IMG/VR virus record: IMGVR_UViG_3300047558_000077
Span: 96,001 to 160,000 of that record
Length of the DNA stretch: 64,000 nucleotides
Source: a virus
Strand: one strand, 5' to 3'
Each line of letters begins with the position of its first letter. Position 1 is the first letter of the stretch. The notes below the pieces were generated by a model. That model ran no database searches, was not told the DNA's origin, and was given only the letters and a program-made list of their open reading frames with translations. Shown in pieces: positions 54,401 through 62,294 of the stretch. Made by a program: the position numbers and the translations under genes.

Positions 54401-57400
54401 CATCTACCAAGAAGATGTCGAACGCCAGGTTTACAATGCGTGATATTGGCACACTAAAACAGCGTATCGTCAATCTTGAATATTACACATCATTGTCTGT
54501 CCTGGAAAAGGCAGCCGCTGATATGCTTATTCTTGATAGTAATGGACTTGATCGCTTCAAGAATGGTATCTTCACAGACTCATTCCGTGATCAGTCTCTT
54601 GCTGCAACTTATAATGCCGATCATCGTATTACTGTTGACCCAGAAGAAAAAGTTATTCGTCCACTCTATACCATGGACTCATTCGGCTATGACTATGTTA
54701 GCGGAACAAACGTTGTCAAGAATGACGATCTAGTTACACTAACGTTTACCGAAGAGTTGCTATGGAATCAGCAATGGGTAACATCTGATAGAAACGTCGA
54801 ACGCCGTGATTGGCTATTCGTTGGTCAGGTTCGTCTATTCCCAGAGCAAGATGTTTGGGTTGATACGACTACAGCACCTGACGAAGAGATCAATCTAGGC
54901 ACATGGACACAAACAAACGTTCTAACCAATAAGTCAGTATTGACAAGCACCGAGTGGGGTGCATGGAGAAAATACGTAGTTGGTTACCGTGTCTACACTG
55001 GCACAGGTTCGGGAAGAACCGCATATAACTACGGCAATCTTTACAGAACATATGACGAAGCCAGAGACGTTGCTAACTCTCTAAACCCACCAGGTAATGG
55101 TCGTGGTGTTTCTGTTGAGACAGTCTATAACAATGTTCGCACAGGCACAGAATATTGGATGTCCGATCAGACTCAGAAGGCTGAAAGCGGATATAAGATC
55201 ATCAATACAGAGGTCATTCCATATATTCGTCCTCAGACAATTACTGTTGCTTGTACCTCATTGAAGCCATTTACAAGAGTTTGGACATTCTTTGATAATG
55301 AGCCAATGACACAGTATGCACGCCCAATTACGGCAGAGCAACATGCGGCCATTACGGATGGTGTTGAAAATACACTACCACAAGGTCCATGGGCAGCCGA
55401 AGGTTCTGATCTTGTAACTGACGAAAACGGAACACTATACTTCCAGTTACGTCTACCAAACGAGAAGAGATTCCGTTGTGGTAATCGTGCGCTAGTGGTT
55501 GCAGATACTCTTGTTCCTGTAAACGAAGCATCTGTATCACCACTTGGTGCATCTGACGATCTTTCAACTGGTGGTCGTGCATTCTTCTATGCATCTGGTA
55601 CCGCAGTAACAAGACAGAAATCAATCTACTCTTCAAGACGTATCGATTACTATGAAAAAGAACTTGAAGAGACATACAGTGACAGCGGCTTCCAAGATAT
55701 CGCTGCTCCACCACCTCCACCACCAGCAGGAAAGCACTGTTCCGCTTATTCATTCTTGGCACAGGCTCCTGACGGTGAAGAAGGTATGTTCCTAACATCC
55801 GTTGATATCTTTATTTCTCGTATCAGAGATAAGGGTGTTTGGTTCGAGGTTCGTGAGATGACCGCAGGCGGTAACATTACACGTAATCAGGTTCCATTCT
55901 CAGAAGTCTGGTACGAAGATGTTTCACAGATTCCAATTTCTACAGACGGCAGAACCAATCCTCTAAACGTAAAGTTTAAGGCACCAATCTTCTTGTTCCA
56001 TAATACAATGTATGCGTTTATCGTTCATGCTATCGATGGCAACCCTGATGTTTACTTCTGGACTGCTAAACTTGGACAGACAGATATTAATGGTAGAGGT
56101 CAGTATAATAATCGTCGTAACACTGGTACATTCTATCAGACAAACAATAACATCAACTGGGACGTTATCGCCGACGTTGATCTAACTTGTAAGTTCTATA
56201 GAGCAAACTTCGTTACAAATGTTGAAGGTGAGGCTATTCTTGGTAACAAGCCAGTTGAAAATCTACTTCTATCAAGTAGATCAAAAGACCTAAGACCAAG
56301 ACAGGGTGACGTATTCACTACTGGTGCCAAGCTAGTTCTATCATCAAACGGAACTATTCAGACAACAGATATCATCAAGGGTGTAACATCTCTTGCTAAC
56401 TCTTCTGTTTCTTCTATTGACGGTTCAACATATTCAATGTCCAACACTGGATATGTCGTAGGCGAAACTGTTAACGTCTTTGCCGCTAACAACGTTTATC
56501 GTGGTATCTCAGCAAATGTCACATCGGTATCATATGGTCGTGGTGTTCTAAACAACTATGTTGACGGACCATCAACCAACTCTGCTATCACATATAGCAT
56601 TGCTCAGTTGACCAACTCTGATGGTAACTTCTCTGCTAATGACTATATCTTTAGTGCTACTAACCCAGATTACAATGCTGTAATCGGTCAAGTCAAAAAC
56701 TATAGATATTCAGCTATCTCATTTGAGCCAGGAACAATGAACTTCAAAGATACTGATCTTAAGTTCGAAATGCGTTCTTACTCAAATACTGGCATTGAAG
56801 GTCCATATGTTTCTATTCAGCCATCAGAGACATACTACTACATTGATGAACAGGCTCTACACTCTAAGAGCAATGAGATTGCAACCCTCGGTGGTGCAAG
56901 ATCAAATCAGCTTAGAGCTAAGTTTAGAACTGGTAAGATCGGTGTTTCACCTGTCATCGATATGGCTAGAACACATACGATCTATCTTGACAATATCATT
57001 AGTGCCAACTCTGGTGGTGAGACAGCCGCATCTGGTGGTGAGTTAATAAATAGATACATCTCCAAGACTGTAACACTAGCAGAAGGTCAGGACGCAGAAG
57101 ACATTCAAGTTGTTCTAACTGCATATCGTCCACCAAACACAGATGTTAAGGTATGGATCAAGATCCTACATCGTGAAGATGCTACACTATTCGACAATGC
57201 TCCTTGGGTCGAGCTATCAAGAATTAGCGGTGATGTTTATTCATCTCTAGCCCTTAGAACAGACTTCAAGGAATACACATACGGATTTAGTAGCTCATAC
57301 CTAACTGGTCCAAATGGCGAGGTTCAATACACTAATGCTGCCGGAATCAAGTTCACTGGCTATAAGTATTTTGCAGTTAAGATTGGTCTAGTAAATACTC

Positions 57401-57462
57401 AGAACAATACTGCAATCTATCCTCGTGTCGGTGATCTTCGTTGTATCGCACTACAGATATAA
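51463..57462 (+). CDS. Large virion structural protein (VrlC/DUF4815-like)
   Basis: PYYDD...YYRILFKPG.AVQARELTQ.Q; APGADRLK; RFKNG.F.DSF; DLR.IAL. Confidence 0.8.
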   Translation: MAYNKANNTLTTDFNVTPYYDDYTIDSNYYRILFKPGFAVQARELTQIQSSLQEQINRFGKHVFKEGSIVIPGGFTLETHGGANTGSGIRYVKVKDFDASNNSVTISDFTGYDVIGATSNITAAVVDVLPGTQSSSNTKTLYVKYKTTSSSNNRQKVFLAGETLTANVGGENKTLVVLNTDPVANVGFGSRFKIEEGVVFAKNHFISFPTQTIILDRYNPNPSCKVGFFISEDITNASQDTSLLDPALEASNYAAPGADRLKLTPTLTIRPYDDPVGPPDFVELFSVEGGVVKSYFERSQYNIIQDEMAKRLFDQSGDYVVRGLDVQIREHDDTGSNFGRYANGNNSLLFVGVSSGLAYVQGYEINNLDTAELQIEKGLATSEFREQISSATLGSYVTANNVVGSWALDKAIPVNLYDTVQRRVANNLWSGGSAPTGRVIGTANVASFEYATGTPSYDGQYNLYLMDVRMLGSNSFANVRSVYYDSAVSDGYADVVLSSAGNATLTDVNNSQLLYYVGDDYVKSVRDIDDSGVNATTFYFNKTASISPIAANGTFTIGDGSTTETLPYGTATLSAAQKSELVLTLDSSANIAMTGTVSGSGSSLTGVGTFFTRLNVGDKLEFAGNTRSYYISSITNDNALTVVGTLPSLSGAAFFKAYKTGDIVDLTGKGSAAGATRTVTATSGPSGSLTFDLKETFPTTLNATLTYKMARTTAKEIEKVKRAGRYVRINCSTAGTSGPFDLGFSDVYKVKSIRLGSGSYPASNTAGTDVTTLFKIDNGQRDGYYDHGTITPAGIGLSASDRLLVELDYFEPNFTSRAGYFSIDSYPIEDDDTLYNDSLDIRTENVPIYKSPVNGKELNLRNYLDFRPVKTNTATDTTTPASGTENPAKSYSYQNSTNGLRIPVPSSQITYDYTTYMGRRDLLVVDKDKRFQVIPGIPSNFPITPEATPGTMAIAVLNITPYPSLSPAYASSINRPDLSTSTKKMSNARFTMRDIGTLKQRIVNLEYYTSLSVLEKAAADMLILDSNGLDRFKNGIFTDSFRDQSLAATYNADHRITVDPEEKVIRPLYTMDSFGYDYVSGTNVVKNDDLVTLTFTEELLWNQQWVTSDRNVERRDWLFVGQVRLFPEQDVWVDTTTAPDEEINLGTWTQTNVLTNKSVLTSTEWGAWRKYVVGYRVYTGTGSGRTAYNYGNLYRTYDEARDVANSLNPPGNGRGVSVETVYNNVRTGTEYWMSDQTQKAESGYKIINTEVIPYIRPQTITVACTSLKPFTRVWTFFDNEPMTQYARPITAEQHAAITDGVENTLPQGPWAAEGSDLVTDENGTLYFQLRLPNEKRFRCGNRALVVADTLVPVNEASVSPLGASDDLSTGGRAFFYASGTAVTRQKSIYSSRRIDYYEKELEETYSDSGFQDIAAPPPPPPAGKHCSAYSFLAQAPDGEEGMFLTSVDIFISRIRDKGVWFEVREMTAGGNITRNQVPFSEVWYEDVSQIPISTDGRTNPLNVKFKAPIFLFHNTMYAFIVHAIDGNPDVYFWTAKLGQTDINGRGQYNNRRNTGTFYQTNNNINWDVIADVDLTCKFYRANFVTNVEGEAILGNKPVENLLLSSRSKDLRPRQGDVFTTGAKLVLSSNGTIQTTDIIKGVTSLANSSVSSIDGSTYSMSNTGYVVGETVNVFAANNVYRGISANVTSVSYGRGVLNNYVDGPSTNSAITYSIAQLTNSDGNFSANDYIFSATNPDYNAVIGQVKNYRYSAISFEPGTMNFKDTDLKFEMRSYSNTGIEGPYVSIQPSETYYYIDEQALHSKSNEIATLGGARSNQLRAKFRTGKIGVSPVIDMARTHTIYLDNIISANSGGETAASGGELINRYISKTVTLAEGQDAEDIQVVLTAYRPPNTDVKVWIKILHREDATLFDNAPWVELSRISGDVYSSLALRTDFKEYTYGFSSSYLTGPNGEVQYTNAAGIKFTGYKYFAVKIGLVNTQNNTAIYPRVGDLRCIALQI

Positions 57463-57471
57463 GGAATTGGT

Positions 57472-58263
57472 ATGGAAATTGAATTTGATCTAAACAATGA
57501 TTTTAAAGAGATAGAAGAGTATGATTTTGGTAATGGTCCGGTCCCCGCACATCGCCACATTCGTGGCGGTGGCTGGGTCGCTAACTCAGCCACTGTAGAA
57601 GACACATGCTATGTTGGCCCTTATGCCAGAGTGTTTGAAAACGCATTTGTTTCCGGTAATGCTTTTATCAATGATGCTGCAAGTGTATTTGGTAATGCTT
57701 CTGTAACGGGTAATGCCAAAGTCTATGGTGATGCAATGGTCTATGACAATGCATCTATCAGAGATCAAGCAAAAGTTAGTGGCTTTAGTAAAATATACGG
57801 CAATGCTACTGTCATGAATAACGCACAAGTATACGAAAGTGCGGAAGTTTTCGACAGAGCCGTTGTTTGTAACAATGCAGAAATCTATGACAATAGTAAA
57901 GTATATGGTGATGGTTACGTATTTGAGTGTATTAGACTGTATGGTCATTGTATTGTGACCCGTAAGCCTATTCTTGGTCTAGGTTTTGAATATCCGGTTA
58001 CAATCACTGACCATCATGTATTGTTAGGATGCACAGTCATTCCGCCAACCACACTTAAGAAACTAGGTAGACGTATTATAACTCTTGTTGGTTATGAAAA
58101 AGAGCAGGCCGATTTGTGGCTAGAGATTGTCGATAGATTGATACAGGTTCACGGATGCACAGACATACCAGAGGATCTAACACCAGAGAACGAAAGACGG
58201 GTTATACTCAATCTTATAACCGAAAGAAATGCAGGTAGTGATAGAGATGTCCGCACAAGATAG
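57472..58263 (+). CDS. Left-handed beta-helix (hexapeptide repeat) protein
   Basis: Tandem A.V.[GD]N hexapeptides (ARVFEN AFVSGN ASVFGN AKVYGD). Confidence 0.75.
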   Translation: MEIEFDLNNDFKEIEEYDFGNGPVPAHRHIRGGGWVANSATVEDTCYVGPYARVFENAFVSGNAFINDAASVFGNASVTGNAKVYGDAMVYDNASIRDQAKVSGFSKIYGNATVMNNAQVYESAEVFDRAVVCNNAEIYDNSKVYGDGYVFECIRLYGHCIVTRKPILGLGFEYPVTITDHHVLLGCTVIPPTTLKKLGRRIITLVGYEKEQADLWLEIVDRLIQVHGCTDIPEDLTPENERRVILNLITERNAGSDRDVRTR

Positions 58264-58453
58264 CAAAACCGATAGACCTGGAATTTATAAGTCGTCTGAC
58301 GGATATCTTATAAATAAAGATAATGAGGCTCTAGCAGCTTATAAGAAGCGTAAAAGAAAAGAACAGGTTGTTGATAGAATGCAAGAGCAATTGGACGAGT
58401 TAAGATCCGATATCAGCGAGATCAAAGACATACTTAGAGGATTAGCAAAGTAA
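58247..58453 (+). CDS. Small coiled-coil protein
   Basis: LIN.D..A..AYK.R...L..DI.EIK..L. Confidence 0.6.
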   Translation: MSAQDSKTDRPGIYKSSDGYLINKDNEALAAYKKRKRKEQVVDRMQEQLDELRSDISEIKDILRGLAK

Positions 58454-58454
58454 A

Positions 58455-59513
58455 ATGTCATTAGCAAACGTAGCACTCACAGATACATTTGACTATTGGA
58501 GAACGGTAACTAACTCGCTGGTTGTTGCTCTAAACGACACGCTGGTTTTCTGTAATACTTCCAATGCCAACGCAGTATCGATTCCATCATCTATTTCAAG
58601 AACCAGTAATCTATACGTAAACATTCTCACATCATCATCTGTTAATGACGCAGCGCCAGGTAACGTAGCTTCGGCACTGGTCGTTAATACTGTTCACGGA
58701 TTGGCTCTATCTTACGTAGCGGCAGCCAATAGTAACGCCGGAATTTCGGTCGCTAGTGCTAATGCATGGAGTAATAGTGTAGCAGCTTCTGCTAACAATT
58801 GGGCAAATACGAAACTTGCAAACACATCGGGAATGTCGTTTGCTGGTAGTCTTTCGATACCTGGTACACTAACAATCTCTACAAATAACGTTATTGATAC
58901 CAATGGCGGTAGATTTAGAACTGGCGCTGGTAACTTTGGTGTAAGAATTTTCCCTGGTGGTGGAACAGATACATCCGCCAGTATTCTACAGTTCACTAAT
59001 GCCGCACAAGACACACAATGGGGTTCTGTTGTTGCTAACGGACAGTTTATGTATGTCGGCACACAACCTGGTGCAGGACCTCTATGGTTTGGTACAGTAG
59101 GCACAACTGGTCTTGCAATTGATACATCGAATAGAGTTGGTATTGGTACAGTTAGCCCCGCAGCAACACTGGATGTTGTTGGCACAGTTAGCATCGCTAA
59201 AGCGAGCGTTCTATCACAAACACTAACAGATGGTGCCACCATCAACTGGGACACATCTCTCGGTCAAGTTGCGACAATTACTCTTGGTGGTGCTAGAACA
59301 ATGGCAGCACCAACCAATCTTAAAGTAGGCACATATATACTTCATGTGGTACAAGATGGTGTTGGAGGCAGAACGATAACTTGGAACTCAGTGTTCAAAT
59401 GGCCGGCAGGCGTAGCACCAACACTTACGACAACAGCCAATAGAAGAGATTTGTTTTCGTTTGTTTGTGATGGTACAAATCTCTACGGATCATATCTACC
59501 GGATGTAAGGTAA
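58455..59513 (+). CDS. Tail fibre protein
   Basis: TDTFD.WR..TN N-terminus; VGIGT.SP..LDV.G; C-terminal TLTDGATINWD...QDG.G.RT.TW...FKW..G.AP. Confidence 0.7.
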   Translation: MSLANVALTDTFDYWRTVTNSLVVALNDTLVFCNTSNANAVSIPSSISRTSNLYVNILTSSSVNDAAPGNVASALVVNTVHGLALSYVAAANSNAGISVASANAWSNSVAASANNWANTKLANTSGMSFAGSLSIPGTLTISTNNVIDTNGGRFRTGAGNFGVRIFPGGGTDTSASILQFTNAAQDTQWGSVVANGQFMYVGTQPGAGPLWFGTVGTTGLAIDTSNRVGIGTVSPAATLDVVGTVSIAKASVLSQTLTDGATINWDTSLGQVATITLGGARTMAAPTNLKVGTYILHVVQDGVGGRTITWNSVFKWPAGVAPTLTTTANRRDLFSFVCDGTNLYGSYLPDVR

Positions 59514-59516
59514 TAA

Positions 59517-60713
59517 ATGTTCTTAGCACCTATTGTAAGACCGACTAGAATTGTAAATATCGATTCATCAACAAACAATGTTGATCTATATGCACAGGCA
59601 GGCAATCCAGCTTATCCTGTCAATGTCCTTTGCTTTGTTAATGCGGCTGTTACTGCAACGTCACCTTCGACACCAGCTTTCAGAACTGGTGGTTCATGGA
59701 TGGGTGGCTCATGGATCTATATCGAAAATAACTCCACTATCACTGGACGTATTGGAAATACAGGTTCTCAAGGAGCTACAGGATCAACAGGCGCCACTGG
59801 AGCACATGGTCATCAAGGCTCTGAAGGTGCATATGGCGCAGGTGGTCACGGTGGTCATGGTGCTCATTCTTCCGCCGGCAGCACTTCTGGTGCTGGTCAC
59901 GGCGGCGGCGGCGGTCCAGGAGCTACTGGAGGAACAGGAAATCAAGGTGGCACAGGAGCAACAGGTGGGCCTGGAGGAACAGGCGCAACTGGAGGCACTG
60001 GCGGTATTTCGTTTCAAGCAGATACAGCTACACTTGCCGCTCTTATCGTAAATAACAAAAACGCAATCATCGGCGGCACAGGCGGTCCTGGTGGTGCGGG
60101 TGGTATCGGTGGTCCTGGTGGTCCTGGCGGACCCGGAGGCGCAGGTGGCCATGGCGGCTGGGGCGGCGGAGGCGGCGGTGGCGGTGGCGGTGCAGCGCAC
60201 GGTTACGGACAACATCAACATTGCGTTCCTTACGGTTGTCACGCACACGGCGGTCACGCTAACGGTGGTGGCGGCGGCGGTGGCGGTGGCGCTGGTCATG
60301 CAGGACATGGTGCTCCCGGCGGTGCAGTTCACTCAACGACTCATGGTCATGGCGGCGGTCATGGTGGAAATCATTATGGTGGCGGCGGTGCTCCTGGTGC
60401 AGGACATTACGACGGCAATCAACATCATGCTCACGTTCACGGTGGACATGGTGGACATGGTGGTCACTGGAATGCTGCGGGCGCTCATGGCGGTGCTGGT
60501 CACGGCGGCGGCAATCATGGCGGCCACGGCGGTGCACCAGGTGGCGGTGCTGGTGGTCATGGTGCTCAAGGTGCTACGGGTGCAACCGGGCCAACAGGAG
60601 CCCAAGGCGTTACAGGACCTACAGGTGCTCAAGGCGCTCAAGGAAATGCTATCGTAGGCAACTCAAACATTAGATACATTAATAACGGACACACATCCGG
60701 ACCAATTTCATAA
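59517..60713 (+). CDS. Gly/His-rich fibre-tip adhesin-like protein with collagen-like segments
   Basis: Gly-X-Y runs, polyglycine tracts and more than 30 His; follows the tail fibre gene. Confidence 0.55.
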   Translation: MFLAPIVRPTRIVNIDSSTNNVDLYAQAGNPAYPVNVLCFVNAAVTATSPSTPAFRTGGSWMGGSWIYIENNSTITGRIGNTGSQGATGSTGATGAHGHQGSEGAYGAGGHGGHGAHSSAGSTSGAGHGGGGGPGATGGTGNQGGTGATGGPGGTGATGGTGGISFQADTATLAALIVNNKNAIIGGTGGPGGAGGIGGPGGPGGPGGAGGHGGWGGGGGGGGGGAAHGYGQHQHCVPYGCHAHGGHANGGGGGGGGGAGHAGHGAPGGAVHSTTHGHGGGHGGNHYGGGGAPGAGHYDGNQHHAHVHGGHGGHGGHWNAAGAHGGAGHGGGNHGGHGGAPGGGAGGHGAQGATGATGPTGAQGVTGPTGAQGAQGNAIVGNSNIRYINNGHTSGPIS

Positions 60714-60728
60714 GAGGCTCAAAAAGAG

Positions 60729-61256
60729 ATGAACATTCATTACAGAGTAGTCAAAGTAGATCCTTCCGCACACGGTCTTGTCATTCGTTACTATACAGAC
60801 AAAGTAACTGAAATGGATCTTGCCAATTCATTCAATGAAGATGGTTCAGTGAAGATGAATGCAGATGGTTATCCAATTAGCACAAGAACCGATGTCTTCA
60901 TGAGCATTTACGATATACCTGCACCAGATCAGCAAGAGATTGATAGACGTATCAAGCTAAATGCTCCTGTTGATTGGCTAAAGCTACAAGAAGATATCAA
61001 AGATCCAAACGTCAATACAAAGATGACCGAGTTGAGAAATCTAACGGGCGAAGAACAGACTTTTACGACCCAAGATATTGATAATCTAAAAGTTAGCCTT
61101 GTTCCAAATACACCCATTGATGAGGCAGACGCAGCACAAAGTAACACACAAAGAGCATATGAGACTGTGGTTAACTTCCTAGACTCAATCAAGGTGTTAG
61201 CTGAAAAAGATCCATCAATTGTTGAGGAACTAAAGAAAACCCTTAATACTATGTAA
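60729..61256 (+). CDS. Hypothetical protein (possible fibre-associated)
   Basis: ORF track; position in the tail module. Confidence 0.45.
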   Translation: MNIHYRVVKVDPSAHGLVIRYYTDKVTEMDLANSFNEDGSVKMNADGYPISTRTDVFMSIYDIPAPDQQEIDRRIKLNAPVDWLKLQEDIKDPNVNTKMTELRNLTGEEQTFTTQDIDNLKVSLVPNTPIDEADAAQSNTQRAYETVVNFLDSIKVLAEKDPSIVEELKKTLNTM

Positions 61257-61275
61257 TTCATACTTTGGATATATT

Positions 61276-61914
61276 ATGAGATATAAAAAAGTTAGCAATG
61301 ACATTATGATGAGAAGAAGGATCACTCCTTCAAGTCTTGTCATAACAGAAGTTTTTGATAGTAATGATATAAACCTTATAGAGTATTACTGTTCTCGAAA
61401 AGAAGGTGATCTAGCACAAGCAAAAGTTGCTAGTGACACAAATGATCTTAGAAAAGATATTAGAGAATCCAAGATAAAGTTCATCAAACGTGACGATGAG
61501 AATAGTTGGATTTTTCAAAGATTGAACGATTCCATAGATCAGTATAATGAAGATTTTTACGGTTTTGATCTATTTGGATATGACTATTTTCAATACACTG
61601 TATATGAAGGTGAGAAGAAAGGTCAATACAACTGGCATAGTGATCTTCTTTATGGCAGTGAATTAGGCGATACACTACACAATTCTATCACGAGAAAACT
61701 CACACTCGTTATGTTATTAAATGAGCCTGGTGTAGACTTTACAGGCGGTGAGTTTCAATTGAATACTGGTAAAGAGGACTCAGCAATAACTATAGACTTG
61801 AAAAGAGGTTCAATAGTTATGTTTCCTTCTTTTGTGCTACATAGGGTGAAACCTGTTCTTTCTGGAGTAAGAAAGTCTATCGTTATTTGGGTGGAAGGTC
61901 CTAAGTTTAGATAA
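61276..61914 (+). CDS. 2OG-Fe(II) oxygenase (prolyl-hydroxylase-like)
   Basis: WHSD (HxD); RKLT; GGEF; FPSF..HRV.PV..G.RKS.V.W..GP. Confidence 0.9.
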   Translation: MRYKKVSNDIMMRRRITPSSLVITEVFDSNDINLIEYYCSRKEGDLAQAKVASDTNDLRKDIRESKIKFIKRDDENSWIFQRLNDSIDQYNEDFYGFDLFGYDYFQYTVYEGEKKGQYNWHSDLLYGSELGDTLHNSITRKLTLVMLLNEPGVDFTGGEFQLNTGKEDSAITIDLKRGSIVMFPSFVLHRVKPVLSGVRKSIVIWVEGPKFR

Positions 61915-61947
61915 ATATAAATAGTAAAAAGACGGAAAGAACCACCA

Positions 61948-62286
61948 ATGGCTGAATACGTAGAACTTTTCATAGATCAAGGAAGCGACTTCTCTACCAC
62001 TATCAATCTTAATGATGATAATACAAATCTTCCCCAAAACGTATATGGCTACTCAGTTTCAAGTTCTCTGAGAAGATCGCTGTTATCTCCAAACGCATCG
62101 GCATATCTATCGGCTTCCGTGTTCGATGCTGCAAATGGTGAGTTTCTACTTACAATGAACTCCTCAAACACTGCTAATCTACGAGCAGGTTCATACTTTT
62201 TTGATGTTAAGGTGACCGATACATCTAGCACTGTAACTAGACTTATTGAAGGTGTGATCTATGTTACTCCATCAATAACAAGGTAA
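61948..62286 (+). CDS. Small virion structural adaptor protein
   Basis: IDQGSDF; YFFDV; RLIEG...VTP..TR; TATAAATA at 61916. Confidence 0.6.
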   Translation: MAEYVELFIDQGSDFSTTINLNDDNTNLPQNVYGYSVSSSLRRSLLSPNASAYLSASVFDAANGEFLLTMNSSNTANLRAGSYFFDVKVTDTSSTVTRLIEGVIYVTPSITR

Positions 62287-62294
62287 CCTAATTA

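Noticed and set aside
59578-60657. Multiple overlapping ORFs on both strands
   Set aside because: By-product of stop-poor GGN-rich glycine codons in the 59517-60713 gene
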